Shown here in pieces: positions 41,459-51,283 of a DNA stretch of 64,000 nt. A program made the position numbers and the translations under genes. Every line of letters begins with the position of its first letter. The stretch's first letter is position 1. The DNA is taken from the NCBI GenBank assembly GCA_965218095.1, contig OZ244587.1, forward strand, positions 2,176,001-2,240,000. The letters are read 5' to 3'. The notes under the pieces are model-generated. The model had not been told where the DNA came from and searched no databases. It was given only the letters and a program-made list of their open reading frames with translations. Source of the stretch: Candidatus Poribacteria bacterium (GTDB taxonomy: Bacteria > Poribacteria > WGA-4E > PCPOR2b).

Positions 41459-42355
41459 ATGCAAGAACAAAACCTATTCAAATCCGGCTACGTTAGCATC
41501 ATTGGTGAGCCAAACGTCGGTAAATCGACATTGTTGAATGCAATGATGGGGGAGAAACTCGCAATCGTCACACCGAAGCCGCAGACGACGCGCAACCGGA
41601 TCACAGGGATTGTCACAGCCGATCCGTATCAAATTATCTTCTTAGACACGCCTGGCGTGCTTGCCCCCAAATATCGCTTGCACGACCAGATGGTCAAGGC
41701 CGCATATAACGCGATCAAGGACGCAGACCTTGTTCTTTACATGATCGATGGGAGCCTGCTAACCTCCGGCATTGAGGAAAAAATCCTTGACGAACTTAAA
41801 AAGGCGTCGCAGAAAGTCATGCTCGTCATTAACAAAATCGACCTGATACCCAAACTCACACTCTTGCCAATTATTGACGGATATCAGGAAAAGTTCCCCT
41901 TCGTCGAAATCATTCCAATCTCGGCAACAAAAGGGGATGGGGTGTCCCAACTTCACGAGTTCATCGTCAAACACCTTCCCGAAGGCCCGCCCTATTTTCC
42001 TGAAGACCAACTCAGCGATCTGCCAGAGCGTTTCTTCGTCGCGGAAACGATACGGGAGAAGATTTTCCTCAGAACCAATCAGGAGGTTCCCTACGCCTCC
42101 AGCGTCATGGTTGAAGAGTTCAAAGAACGTCCAAACGGAAAAATCTATATCAGTGCGATGCTTTATGTCGAACGACAATCGCAAAAAGGCATCCTAGTCG
42201 GGAAAGGTGGTAAAACAATCAAAAAGATCGGTCAGCTTGCCCGCGCCGAGATCGAGCGGTTCTTGAATGCGCCTGTATTTTTGGATTTGCGTGTGTCAAT
42301 CAAGGAAGATTGGCGGCGTGATGAGCGAAAACTGAAAGGTATGGGTTATTCGTGA
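41459..42355 (+). CDS. era: GTPase Era
   Basis: GEPNVGKS, PQTTRNRI, DTPG, NKID and a C-terminal KH domain. Confidence 0.97.
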   Translation: MQEQNLFKSGYVSIIGEPNVGKSTLLNAMMGEKLAIVTPKPQTTRNRITGIVTADPYQIIFLDTPGVLAPKYRLHDQMVKAAYNAIKDADLVLYMIDGSLLTSGIEEKILDELKKASQKVMLVINKIDLIPKLTLLPIIDGYQEKFPFVEIIPISATKGDGVSQLHEFIVKHLPEGPPYFPEDQLSDLPERFFVAETIREKIFLRTNQEVPYASSVMVEEFKERPNGKIYISAMLYVERQSQKGILVGKGGKTIKKIGQLARAEIERFLNAPVFLDLRVSIKEDWRRDERKLKGMGYS

Positions 42356-42377
42356 AACGCAAAACGTAATGTGCAAC

Positions 42378-42409
42378 AGAAACCGAGTTTCTCCAAGAAC
42401 TCGGTTTCT
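42378..42409 (+). terminator. Hairpin downstream of era
   Basis: AGAAACCGAGTT-8nt-AACTCGGTTTCT. Confidence 0.6.
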
Positions 42410-42466
42410 CTTCGCTACTTTGCACTTATTTTTTACATGAGCCAATAAAATGAGGGTAGAGTATAA

Positions 42467-42475
42467 TTATCCACA
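42467..42475 (+). promoter_or_regulatory. DnaA box
   Basis: Perfect TTATCCACA about 250 nt upstream of the dnaA-like gene. Confidence 0.55.
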
Positions 42476-42483
42476 GATTCGCT

Positions 42484-42543
42484 TGTAGCCCAACTTTCTA
42501 AGTTGGCCCATCGCCCAATGCCAAGTTAGAAACTTGGGCTACA
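42484..42543. repeat. GTAG-type REP doublet
   Basis: TGTAGCCCAACTTTCTAAGTTGGC ... GCCAAGTTAGAAACTTGGGCTACA inverted pair. Confidence 0.7.
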
Positions 42544-42728
42544 TGGTCATCCTTTCTGAATTATGCACCTCCCTCAATAAAATTAGTTCCGATATTCGAA
42601 AAAAATGCTTGATCTCATTTTGATTTTTTGATAGAATATTGTCTGAGCCAGATTGTCTCCTTCTTCTGCATTGTTACAGAGGAAAACGGAATCTCAGCAG
42701 ATATGTTCAATTCCCAACCACAAGGAAG

Positions 42729-43883
42729 ATGGTAATGAACCACTCGAATGGAGTCAGTGATGATCGCCCCACCCGATCTTTAAACTCTGAGTCATCCAAA
42801 TTGCCGACTTGTGCGCCAACCTCAGCTCCACGAACACCTGCCAATTCAGGACTGAATCCAGCCTTAACTTTCGACCGATTTGTCGTTGGGCAAAGCAATC
42901 GAGAGGTTTATGAAGCGGCAATAGGCGTCAGTAATCAGACAAGAAAGATGAATAACCCGTTAGTCATACACGGGGCGGTTGGGCTAGGCAAAACCCATTT
43001 GTTGCATGCAATTGGAAACCAATTCCGCCAAAGGCAACTGAATCGCACAGTGTACTGCCTCTCGGCGGAGAAATTCGTGCGTGAATGGATTTGGTCTATT
43101 GCAAACCCACAGAAAGCTGCTGCATTGCGGCGGCAATATCAGTACATCGATTTGCTGCTGATTGACGACGTTCACTTCTTGTCACAAGAGGTAAGAATTC
43201 AAGAAGAGTTTTTCCACTTACTAAACTGTTTGAGTGAACGAGATCAATGGTTGGTATGCACCTGTGATCGTTTGCCTCAGTTTCTGGGGGATTTTTGGAA
43301 CTCGTCCGATGGCCTTGAGCAGGGGGGAATCGTCGAAATTCGTTCGCCTGAATTTGATTTGCGGGTTTCAATTCTGAGGGAGAAGCTGAAAGAACGGGAT
43401 TCGGGGCCAGTGCCTTTGAAAGTGCTGCGTTACCTGGCAAGGCATCTCACCAATCATATCCGTCAACTCGAAGGCGCATTAAACCGATTAATGGCGGAAG
43501 CGCGTTTGGGGTCGCCCCTGACCCTCCAGGTCGCTCGCCACGTGCTAGAGGGAAGAAGCCCAGAGGCGCTATCAGATACAATCACCCTCGAAGATATTCA
43601 GGAAGCAGTTGCCAGATATTTCCACCTTACCTTATCAGAATTATGTTCTCGAAAGCGCGGAAGACGGTTCGTGTTACCTCGACAAGTTGGGATGTATCTT
43701 GCCCGCCAATTGACCTCTCTTTCGTTGACACAGATCAGTCAAGGGTTTGGGCAGAGCCACCGGACAACGGTCGGCCGAAGCTACAAACGAATTGAGACGC
43801 TACTCAAAGAAGACTTGGTACTGAGTCAATCGATCGAAGCGCTGACAACCGAACTGACTCGTCTTCAACACTCGCGTCATTAA
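42729..43883 (+). CDS. DnaA-family paralogue (AAA+ and DNA-binding domains, no domain I)
   Basis: LNPALTFDRFVVG, NPLVIHGAVGLGKTHL, LLLIDD, RQLEGAL, PRQVGMYLAR; no dnaN downstream. Confidence 0.85.
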   Translation: MVMNHSNGVSDDRPTRSLNSESSKLPTCAPTSAPRTPANSGLNPALTFDRFVVGQSNREVYEAAIGVSNQTRKMNNPLVIHGAVGLGKTHLLHAIGNQFRQRQLNRTVYCLSAEKFVREWIWSIANPQKAAALRRQYQYIDLLLIDDVHFLSQEVRIQEEFFHLLNCLSERDQWLVCTCDRLPQFLGDFWNSSDGLEQGGIVEIRSPEFDLRVSILREKLKERDSGPVPLKVLRYLARHLTNHIRQLEGALNRLMAEARLGSPLTLQVARHVLEGRSPEALSDTITLEDIQEAVARYFHLTLSELCSRKRGRRFVLPRQVGMYLARQLTSLSLTQISQGFGQSHRTTVGRSYKRIETLLKEDLVLSQSIEALTTELTRLQHSRH

Positions 43884-43958
43884 CCGAAAAATTGACCAAT
43901 TCATCTCTGAATACAGGTCGCATAAGACACCGGCCCTTAATATAAGTGGCTGCAAACT

Positions 43959-43996
43959 AAAAGCACCGGCCCTCATAACACGACCGGTGCTTTTTT
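43959..43996. terminator. Bidirectional intrinsic terminator between the dnaA-like gene and yraN
   Basis: AAAAGCACCGG...CCGGTGCTTTTTT. Confidence 0.75.
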
Positions 43997-44005
43997 ATTG
44001 CGTCA

Positions 44006-44386
44006 TCACTCATCAGCACAAAATGCAAACGCATTCTCAATCTGGTGGAGTTTGATTAGTTCAGATTGCGGGGATAGAAATATTGCGATGACATCGAATC
44101 GGCAAGGGGCATGTAGGAGCCCATGGGTTTGCAGGTAATCGAGGGCGATCTTGGAAATCTGCTTCTGTTTGGTGGGCGTCACAGCCGCCTGCGGTATGCC
44201 AAATTTGAGGTTGCGCCGCGTCTTGACTTCAACGAACACAATCTGTTTTCCCTGTTGAGCGATCAGGTCAATCTCGCCGAAACGGGTACGGTAATTCTGG
44301 GCGCGAATCTCGTATCTCTGCGCTTTGAGGTGTTCAACTGCGAATGCTTCGCCGATTTTCCCGATCTGTATTCTCGAGTTGCTCAT
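44006..44386 (-). CDS. yraN: YraN family (UPF0102) nuclease-like protein
   Basis: GEIDLIA, IVFVEVKTR, CRFDVIAI; ATG at 44386. Confidence 0.9.
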   Translation of the reverse strand: MSNSRIQIGKIGEAFAVEHLKAQRYEIRAQNYRTRFGEIDLIAQQGKQIVFVEVKTRRNLKFGIPQAAVTPTKQKQISKIALDYLQTHGLLHAPCRFDVIAIFLSPQSELIKLHQIENAFAFCADE

Positions 44387-44387
44387 T

Positions 44388-44972
44388 TCACTGAAGTTTA
44401 AAACTACGCCGATGAATCGGGCAGCGCCCAAATTGGGCGATTGCCTGCCGATGATGAAGCGTGCCATACCCTTTGTGGCGTTGGAAGTCGTAGCGCGGAT
44501 AGACCTCGTCGAGTTCAATCATCAAGCGATCTCGAGTGACTTTTGCAATAATGGAGGCGGCCGCAATGGATTGGATGAGGGAATCCCCCTTTGGAATGGC
44601 TTGGGCAGGAAAGTCAATTGGAGGAAGGTGTGTACCATCAACGAAGACATAATCAGGGGGCGGACTGATTTGCGCGATGGCTTGACGCATAGCGCCCATT
44701 GTCGCCTGGAGGATATTAACCCGATCAATCTCCTCGTTATTGATACGACCAACACCAATAGCCATCGCGGCGCCGTAAATCTCATCAAACAACCGATTCC
44801 GCTGCCTGGGGGTCAACTGCTTTGAGTCCGTCAATCCTGAAATTCGGCAGTTGGCTGGAAGAATAACGGCTGATGCGACAACGGGGCCTGCTAATGCGCC
44901 TCGTCCGGCTTCATCGACCCCTGCAATACGCTGATACCCCTGCTGTTGCAGAGCAAGTTCAAACTGTTGTAT
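44388..44972 (-). CDS. rnhB: Ribonuclease HII (non-canonical start)
   Basis: The frame stays open upstream of ORF 44388..44834: IQQFE...IAGVDEAGRGALAGPVVASAVIL..GLTDSK; also IAAASIIAKVTRD and HKGYGT. Confidence 0.9.
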   Translation of the reverse strand: MQQFELALQQQGYQRIAGVDEAGRGALAGPVVASAVILPANCRISGLTDSKQLTPRQRNRLFDEIYGAAMAIGVGRINNEEIDRVNILQATMGAMRQAIAQISPPPDYVFVDGTHLPPIDFPAQAIPKGDSLIQSIAAASIIAKVTRDRLMIELDEVYPRYDFQRHKGYGTLHHRQAIAQFGRCPIHRRSFKLQ

Positions 44973-44991
44973 GTCTGCTGGGCGTGTCCCT

Positions 44992-45351
44992 CTATTTCTT
45001 ATCGGTCATGCGCCTCCTCTCGCGGATTCGTATGGCTTTTCCTGTTCGATTTCGTAGATAGTACAATTTGGCTCGGCGTACTGCTCCATACCGAATCACC
45101 TGAATACTTTCAATGTTTGGAGAATGCAGCGGAAAAGTCCTTTCGCTTCCCTCTCCATAAGCAACCCGGCGAACCGTAAAAGTCTCACGCAACCCACTAT
45201 GCGATCGCTGAATGACGGTTCCTTCATAAGCCTGAACACGTTCTTTTGTACCCTCTCGGATGCGGGTGTTGACCCTCACAAGATCCCCAGGACCAAAATC
45301 TGGAATATTAGTTTTTGTATACTGGCTTTCAACGGATTCTAGCAAGTTCAT
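44992..45351 (-). CDS. rplS: 50S ribosomal protein L19
   Basis: [33 protein letters not shown]. Confidence 0.97.
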   Translation of the reverse strand: MNLLESVESQYTKTNIPDFGPGDLVRVNTRIREGTKERVQAYEGTVIQRSHSGLRETFTVRRVAYGEGSERTFPLHSPNIESIQVIRYGAVRRAKLYYLRNRTGKAIRIRERRRMTDKK

Positions 45352-45426
45352 CGTATTGTTCCTCCCTTCCTAAGATGTGATGCCTGTCGCACTAAAACGT
45401 AATGCGTAAAAGGTTCTTCTTACGTT

Positions 45427-46170
45427 TTATGCATTACTTCTTACGTTTTGATTTTTCAGTGAGTTCAGGTAAACGATATCCTCCTCTGAGAGTTCGATCT
45501 TTTTGAGTAAGTCGGGACGTCGTTCAGCAGTGCGCTTGAGCGACTGTTCGTACTGCCAACGCGCAATTTTTTCATGGTGTCCACTCAACAGGATTTCGGG
45601 AACTTTCATCCCTTCAAACTCCGCCGGGCGCGTGTAATGCGGATGATCTAGCAGGCTCTGGCTAAACGAGTCCTCTTGCGCCGATTCATAATTTCCCAAC
45701 GCACGCGGCAAAACTCGCCCAATCGCATCAATGAGTACGAGCGCTGGAATCTCCCCGCCACTGAGGACGTAATCGCCAATGGAAATCTCATCCGTGACCA
45801 GCTTTATGCGCACCCTTTCATCAATGCCTTTGTAACGTCCACAAATCAGGATGAGGTGAGATTCAAGAGAAAAGGCTTCGGCAAGCGACTGATGAAAGGG
45901 AATCCCTTGTGCAGTGAGGTAAATAACACGGGCCGTTGCGTTTGGATTCAGCGCTCTGATTGTGGCAAAAAGCGGCTCCGGCTTCATAATCATCCCAGCG
46001 CTGCCACCGTAAGGATAATCATCTACTGATTGATGGCGATCTGTTGTAAAATCCCGCACGTTGTGAACATTGACGGTCAACACGTTGGCATCTTGCGCAC
46101 GCTTTAAGATGCCAAATTTCAAGGCTGGCAGTATGATTTCTGGAAAAATCGTAATGATATCAATTTTCAT
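45427..46170 (-). CDS. trmD: tRNA (guanine-N1)-methyltransferase
   Basis: [38 protein letters not shown]. Confidence 0.97.
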   Translation of the reverse strand: MKIDIITIFPEIILPALKFGILKRAQDANVLTVNVHNVRDFTTDRHQSVDDYPYGGSAGMIMKPEPLFATIRALNPNATARVIYLTAQGIPFHQSLAEAFSLESHLILICGRYKGIDERVRIKLVTDEISIGDYVLSGGEIPALVLIDAIGRVLPRALGNYESAQEDSFSQSLLDHPHYTRPAEFEGMKVPEILLSGHHEKIARWQYEQSLKRTAERRPDLLKKIELSEEDIVYLNSLKNQNVRSNA

Positions 46171-46574
46171 TCAATGATCCGGACGACAACTCCATCTTTG
46201 ACGATAATTTCTGCCTGAGAAAGTTTGGCCCGAATGTCATCCCCAACCTCAATTTTGACGGGGGCATCATACGTCCCACTGACAAAAATATCATTATTTT
46301 CGAGTTGCTTGACCTGCTCTAACTTCTGCTCAAAATTGCTTTTGACCTGTTCCTGTTTTTCTCGTTCCTGCTTGATTTCCTCGCGAAATTGATTGACGTG
46401 ACGCGGGTCCCGCTTTTGCGCTTCTGCAATCAGACGTCGGCTTTGAAATTCCTCTTGTTGGAGCCATGTCTCAACCTGGCGAATTGCGTACTCAAGCTCT
46501 TTCGTGAGTTGTTCCTTGAAAGCGGGTGTAACGATATTTTTTAAAATAACAGGTCGTTTGACAATAACAGCCAT
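46167..46574 (-). CDS. ylqD: YlqD family protein
   Basis: [13 protein letters not shown], coiled coil, EIIVKDGVV; conserved position in the rpsP cluster. Confidence 0.8.
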   Translation of the reverse strand: MAVIVKRPVILKNIVTPAFKEQLTKELEYAIRQVETWLQQEEFQSRRLIAEAQKRDPRHVNQFREEIKQEREKQEQVKSNFEQKLEQVKQLENNDIFVSGTYDAPVKIEVGDDIRAKLSQAEIIVKDGVVVRIIE

Positions 46575-46626
46575 TATCTATCCCACTTGTGACTCACAGT
46601 AAGTAGAAATGGTTCGGAGGGACGTA

Positions 46627-46844
46627 CTATCACTAAATGCGTGAGAAAATCCGGCGGTCGTGCTTTCATCAGCCAAGAGCGTATTGCGTACTGTGTCAGA
46701 GGCAAGACGTTTCAGGCATCACAGCTCCGTTCCGAGAGTCCGCTACGCGAGACCAGACTCTGCCCCGATTTACCGGGGTTTCACTTTTTCGTTTTCATGG
46801 CACGAGAAAGTCACGGCGTAGATTTCTCAAAGGTTTAGTGATAG
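46627..46844. mobile_element. 218-nt MITE with CTATCACTAAA terminal inverted repeats
   Basis: CTATCACTAAA ... TTTAGTGATAG; second copy at 27208..27426. Confidence 0.88.
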
Positions 46845-46860
46845 AACACCACCCCAAAAC

Positions 46861-47100
46861 TTAACGATGTTCAACAATCTCAAGTATCGCCTTTTTGCGT
46901 GCCTTGACTCCCGCGGCAAGTAGTACTGCTCGCATTGCTTTTGCTGTGCGCCCTTGTTTGCCAATGACTTTTCCTAAATCTTCAGGTGCAACGCTCAGTT
47001 CTAAAATGGTCACCGTCTTTCCTTCGACTTCGTCAACAGTGACCTGATCTGGGTAATCAACTAGAGATTTTGCAAGATATTCGATCAAATCTTTGAGCAT
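46861..47100 (-). CDS. khpA: KH-domain RNA-binding protein KhpA/YlqC
   Basis: DLGKVIGKQGRTAKAMR. Confidence 0.92.
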   Translation of the reverse strand: MLKDLIEYLAKSLVDYPDQVTVDEVEGKTVTILELSVAPEDLGKVIGKQGRTAKAMRAVLLAAGVKARKKAILEIVEHR

Positions 47101-47190
47101 CAGCTCCCCCTAAAAACGTGGTTATTCGCTATACGGCTTCAAGTAAACTGTGGTATAAAGTCACAGATTGAATCCGTATCTTGAGACAGA

Positions 47191-47619
47191 TCAATTATCT
47201 TCTTCTGAGGGTGTCTCCGGTCCATTATCCTCCGTTGCTTCTTCCGTTACTTCTACTTCCTCTTCAGCAGTAGAAATCGATTCTTCCGCTGCTGCATCAG
47301 AGGTAGCTTGTGAAGAAGACGTCGATTTTGCCTCTGAACCGGGGATTGACTCTCCTTGTTTTTCATGTATAAATTTTTCCCAAATTCCGGCTTTCGACAT
47401 GAGACTCCTAGCTGTATCGGAAGGCTGTGCGCCACTTTTCAACCATTTCAACGCCTTTTCTTCGTCAATGACGATTTGGGCCGGATCCGTCATTGGATCA
47501 TAATACCCGAGCCGTTCGATAAAACGTCCATCCCTCTGGCTTCGTGAATCAACAGCCACCAGCCGATAAAAAGGACGTCTTTTCTTTCCATGTCGCTGAA
47601 GTCTAATTCTTACTGCCAA
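47191..47619 (-). CDS. rpsP: 30S ribosomal protein S16 with an acidic C-terminal extension
   Basis: TTG start after GGAGG; [34 protein letters not shown]. Confidence 0.96.
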   Translation of the reverse strand: MAVRIRLQRHGKKRRPFYRLVAVDSRSQRDGRFIERLGYYDPMTDPAQIVIDEEKALKWLKSGAQPSDTARSLMSKAGIWEKFIHEKQGESIPGSEAKSTSSSQATSDAAAEESISTAEEEVEVTEEATEDNGPETPSEEDN

Positions 47620-47667
47620 ATACGACCTCCTATTCCATAAGGCTTCGCGCAAATTCTTTGAGTGAAC

Positions 47668-49068
47668 TTAGCGTGATCTACGCCTTTTCTTTTTCCTTTT
47701 GCGCTGCTTTGGTTTTCTCTTAACCTGCCCCGTGATTCCCTTAGCTGGACCTATGAGTTGCGGTATTTCCATCATCGGATGTTGCTTCATCATGCGGTTC
47801 ATGAATCTGAGTTGATCAACCAATTGGTTGACTTGACGAACTGTTGTGCCGCTTCCCTTAGCAATGCGTATGCGGCGACTGCTATCAAGGATGCGTGCAT
47901 CCCTGCGTTCTTCCGGCGTCATCGACTGAATCATCGCTTTGGTGTATTTCAGTTGCGTTTCGTCAACTTCCATTCCCTTAATCGGGAGCTTATTGAAGCC
48001 GGGGATCATATCGACCAGTTGATCCAATGAGCCCATATTCTTGATTTGTTCAAGCTGCATAAGCAGATCATCGAAATCCAAACCTTGTTGCTCAATCAGC
48101 TTGCGCTCGAATTCTTTGGCTTGATCTTCGCTAAAAACAGTCTCAGCCCTTTCGAGTAAGGTTGCGAAGTCGCCTTCCCCAAGTATCCGCGAAGCCATCC
48201 GATCTGGATGGAATTCTTCCAATGTCGTGGGGCTGATTTTTTCGCCAACGCCAACGAACTTAATCGGCTTCTGCGTCACCGCACGAATGGAGAGCGCCGC
48301 ACCACCACGCGCATCACCATCCAGCTTGGTCAGAATGACGCCGTCAATGTCCAGATTGTCGTTGAAATGCTCGGCAACATTGACCGCGTCTTGCCCTGTC
48401 ATGGAATCAACGACGAGCAGAATTTCGGTTGTATTGACTGCGGATTTAATCTCCCGCAATTCTTCCATTAATTCTTCGTTGATATGTAACCGACCTGCCG
48501 TGTCGATGATGACGAAATTATGTCCACGATTCAATGCCTGATTGACGGCGGCTTGAGTGATTGCAGCAGGGGAAACTTCGGCGCCCATCGAAAACACAGG
48601 CACATCAATTTGTTCTCCAAGCACTTGAAGCTGTTTAATCGCTGCTGGGCGATAAATATCTGCTGCTACCAAAAGCGGACTTCGCCCCTCTGATTTGAAT
48701 TTCAGCGCAAGTTTCGCAGAAACTGTTGTTTTCCCACCGCCCTGCAAGCCGACCATCAGGATAATCGTTGGACCGCTTGGTGCTATCGTGATTTTGGCTG
48801 TTTTCTCCCCCATTAACTTCGTCAGTTCATCGCCGATAATCTTCGCAATCTGAAGCTCTGGGGTTAAGCTACCAAGCACTTCCTGACCGATTGATCGATC
48901 CTTAACACTGTTGATAAATTCGCGGACGGTTTTGTAATTTACATCCGCCTCAAGCAGTGCAAGACGAACCTCCCGCAGTGCATCAGACACATTTTTTTCG
49001 GTTAGTTTGCCTTGACTACTCAGCTTTTTGAGAACGCCTTGCAATTTGTCAGTCAAGCTTTCAAACAT
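47668..49068 (-). CDS. ffh: Signal recognition particle protein
   Basis: ALLEADV, GLQGGGKTT, DTAGRL, TKLDGDARGG, SMTPEER...RIAKGSG. Confidence 0.97.
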   Translation of the reverse strand: MFESLTDKLQGVLKKLSSQGKLTEKNVSDALREVRLALLEADVNYKTVREFINSVKDRSIGQEVLGSLTPELQIAKIIGDELTKLMGEKTAKITIAPSGPTIILMVGLQGGGKTTVSAKLALKFKSEGRSPLLVAADIYRPAAIKQLQVLGEQIDVPVFSMGAEVSPAAITQAAVNQALNRGHNFVIIDTAGRLHINEELMEELREIKSAVNTTEILLVVDSMTGQDAVNVAEHFNDNLDIDGVILTKLDGDARGGAALSIRAVTQKPIKFVGVGEKISPTTLEEFHPDRMASRILGEGDFATLLERAETVFSEDQAKEFERKLIEQQGLDFDDLLMQLEQIKNMGSLDQLVDMIPGFNKLPIKGMEVDETQLKYTKAMIQSMTPEERRDARILDSSRRIRIAKGSGTTVRQVNQLVDQLRFMNRMMKQHPMMEIPQLIGPAKGITGQVKRKPKQRKRKKKRRRSR

Positions 49069-49107
49069 GACATTTCCTTTGCGTAATACGTAATGCGTAA
49101 ATGAACT

Positions 49108-49204
49108 TAGAAATTACGCAGTTGATCTCAACGAATCTACGATTCATCTGCATCTTGATCAGGATTCAAGATACAGGCTTGTTCAAATGAAATGCGTGCC
49201 TCCC
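49108..49204. mobile_element. Degenerate copy of the 28768..28887 MITE (inverted, lacking the 14-nt insert)
   Basis: The reverse complement shares ATCTTGAATC...CAAGATGCAGATGAAT...CAACTGCGTAA. Confidence 0.65.
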
Positions 49205-49232
49205 ATCATTAGTTCATTTCCCGATTTGCAAA

Positions 49233-49601
49233 TCAATTCATCAATGCCTGAACCCGTTTTCTGATATATTGGACCGTGCGAATTTCTTCTGTACAATCGA
49301 GATTGGTTCCCAGGATTTGCAGGTGTTCCAAAATATCTGACAGCATTGCCTGTTGTCGTTGAAATGCAGCCAACAAACCCAGCTTTTCCTCATATCGTTC
49401 GAGGGCAAGTTCTGCAGATTTCACCGAATCGTGGACAGCTTGGCGGGTAAGCCCAAAGCGTTCAGCAATTTCCCCATACGACAAATCATTCTCATAGTGC
49501 AGCTTGAGGAATTTCTGCTGTTTTTCGGTCAAGAGATTGCCATAAAAATCGGAGAGAAGAACAACCCTCAGTTTTTCAAGAGACAAACCTGCTGCCCTCA
49601 T
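49233..49601 (-). CDS. ylxM: YlxM family DNA-binding/SRP-associated protein
   Basis: DFYGNLLTEKQ, DLSYGEIAE, RQAVHD, YEEKLGL; upstream of ffh. Confidence 0.9.
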   Translation of the reverse strand: MRAAGLSLEKLRVVLLSDFYGNLLTEKQQKFLKLHYENDLSYGEIAERFGLTRQAVHDSVKSAELALERYEEKLGLLAAFQRQQAMLSDILEHLQILGTNLDCTEEIRTVQYIRKRVQALMN

Positions 49602-49697
49602 ATTTGCAAATCTATGAACTGTCAGGTAATCCGGCTTGATAGCGCCTCTAAGATACCCTATTCACCTGCGAATTGTCAACGGAAAAATGAAAAACCC

Positions 49698-49726
49698 TTG
49701 ACACGCATGCCAAGTATCGCTATAAT
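49698..49726 (+). promoter_or_regulatory. Consensus sigma70 promoter for cutA, back-to-back with a minus-strand TTGACA at 49674-49679
   Basis: TTGACA-17nt-TATAAT. Confidence 0.75.
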
Positions 49727-49783
49727 CTAGCGGATGCTTATGAATTAACGAATCAACTCATAATAGCACCGAGGAAATATGCA

Positions 49784-50110
49784 ATGGAATATGTAATCGG
49801 TTTCGTGAACACAGGAAGCATGAAGGAAGCAAAGAAGATTGCCAAAGCGTTGGTTGAACGTAAACTGGCGGCGGGCATCAACGTTATCCCGGTAGTGCAC
49901 TCATACTACTGGTGGAAAGGGAAAGTTGAATCCGGTGCGGAAGCCAAGCTGGTGATCAAGACAAAATCGGAGCAAATGGATGCCATAATCGAAGCCGTTA
50001 AGGAACTACATAGCTACGAAGTCTGCGAAGTTACGTTTGTTCCAATAGTGGATGGAAACGCGGATTACCTCAGGTGGATTGATGATTCCGTGAGCCAGGG
50101 AAATCTTTGA
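49784..50110 (+). CDS. cutA: Divalent-cation tolerance protein CutA
   Basis: IAKALVERKLAA, SYYWWKGKVE, LHSYEV, YLRWI. Confidence 0.92.
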   Translation: MEYVIGFVNTGSMKEAKKIAKALVERKLAAGINVIPVVHSYYWWKGKVESGAEAKLVIKTKSEQMDAIIEAVKELHSYEVCEVTFVPIVDGNADYLRWIDDSVSQGNL

Positions 50111-50125
50111 TTTGGAGCGGGAAGC

Positions 50126-51232
50126 GTGAGAAAAAATAGATTGAGTAACTACAAACGAAATGAAATAAGCGTGGCGCTGTTTCCACCACTGCCGGTGCAA
50201 TCGACCCCTTTGTCGCAACCTCGAACAACGACCCCGATTTCCCTGATAATCGGGGTCATTGTGAGCCTTGGGCTAATTGCCCTCCTGATCTTTGTCGTGC
50301 CCTGGCAGTCAGTGTCGCAGACATTTACGGGAACTTTGGGCTCACTGTATGTCCAGGCCAAACAGATCAAGCTTCCTCAGATTAAACTGCCTCAAAAGGA
50401 AAAGCCTGGCACGGAAGTTTCAACAGCGGAAACACCAGCGATTGAAGTTTCCTCGCCGCCACCGATCCCTGAGCCGGACCCAAACCTGCTTGTCGGACGT
50501 TATCCGGTGAGAAAGTACATGGATATTCGGTACACAGTCTCCCACGGCGACTGGCTCTATCACATCCTTCGGCAGTATCGTAACCGGATCTTTCCTAAAA
50601 AATATCGCAATTGGCAACTGTTGGCTCAGTATAACCGAATACGCTCGTCACAGTACATATTGAAACCAGGCGAAGAATTTCTCATCCCAACATTAGCGCA
50701 CATCGCGCTGCCGAAAACAGGCTATGAAACCGAGCTTCAACAGATCCAATCTAAACTTGCGAATCAGCCCGAAGATCCGGTGCTGCTGAATCGACTGGCG
50801 ATTATCCATTTCAAACGCTACAAATTAAATGAGTCACGGTCAACACTGCAACAGGGCATCAAGCTATCGCCACACAACGGTGTGTTACACAACAATCTCG
50901 GTTTCATTTACCTGATCGTCGAAGAGGACGCGAAAGCCCAGCACGAATTAGAGCTTGCAATTGCACATTCCGAGAAACCTGCGATTCCACATTGCAATCT
51001 GGGTGCGCTGTACATGACAATGGGCAAACTCGACTTGGCAATCGAGGCTCTTGAAAGTGCTTTGGAAGCGGATGCAAACCTGCTTGATGCAAAGTATAAC
51101 CTCGCCCTCGCTTATGAAAAAGTCGGGCAGATCAATCCGGCGAAGGAATATCTTCGCGATCTTGCCCAGATTCTGCTGGATGATGCTGAGGTGAAGTCTG
51201 CACTTGAGCGCTTGAACACGGCCAATGAGTAG
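50126..51232 (+). CDS. Membrane-anchored protein with a LysM-like domain and TPR repeats
   Basis: TM helix; YTVSHGDWLYHI...LAQYNRI...LKPGEEFLIP; HNNLG/HCNLG/YNLALAY TPR motifs. Confidence 0.75.
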   Translation: MRKNRLSNYKRNEISVALFPPLPVQSTPLSQPRTTTPISLIIGVIVSLGLIALLIFVVPWQSVSQTFTGTLGSLYVQAKQIKLPQIKLPQKEKPGTEVSTAETPAIEVSSPPPIPEPDPNLLVGRYPVRKYMDIRYTVSHGDWLYHILRQYRNRIFPKKYRNWQLLAQYNRIRSSQYILKPGEEFLIPTLAHIALPKTGYETELQQIQSKLANQPEDPVLLNRLAIIHFKRYKLNESRSTLQQGIKLSPHNGVLHNNLGFIYLIVEEDAKAQHELELAIAHSEKPAIPHCNLGALYMTMGKLDLAIEALESALEADANLLDAKYNLALAYEKVGQINPAKEYLRDLAQILLDDAEVKSALERLNTANE

Positions 51233-51283
51233 GTTCAGAACGTGGTAGCCTATGCGATGTGTCAGGATGAATGGAGAAAAACC

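Noticed and set aside
42420-42730. oriC upstream of the dnaA-like gene
   Set aside because: Only one perfect DnaA box seen, no box cluster or clear unwinding element, and no dnaN
43905-43996. tracrRNA-like 3' end (GCACCG...CGGTGCTTTT)
   Set aside because: Explained as a bidirectional terminator; no anti-repeat, array or Cas9/IscB nearby
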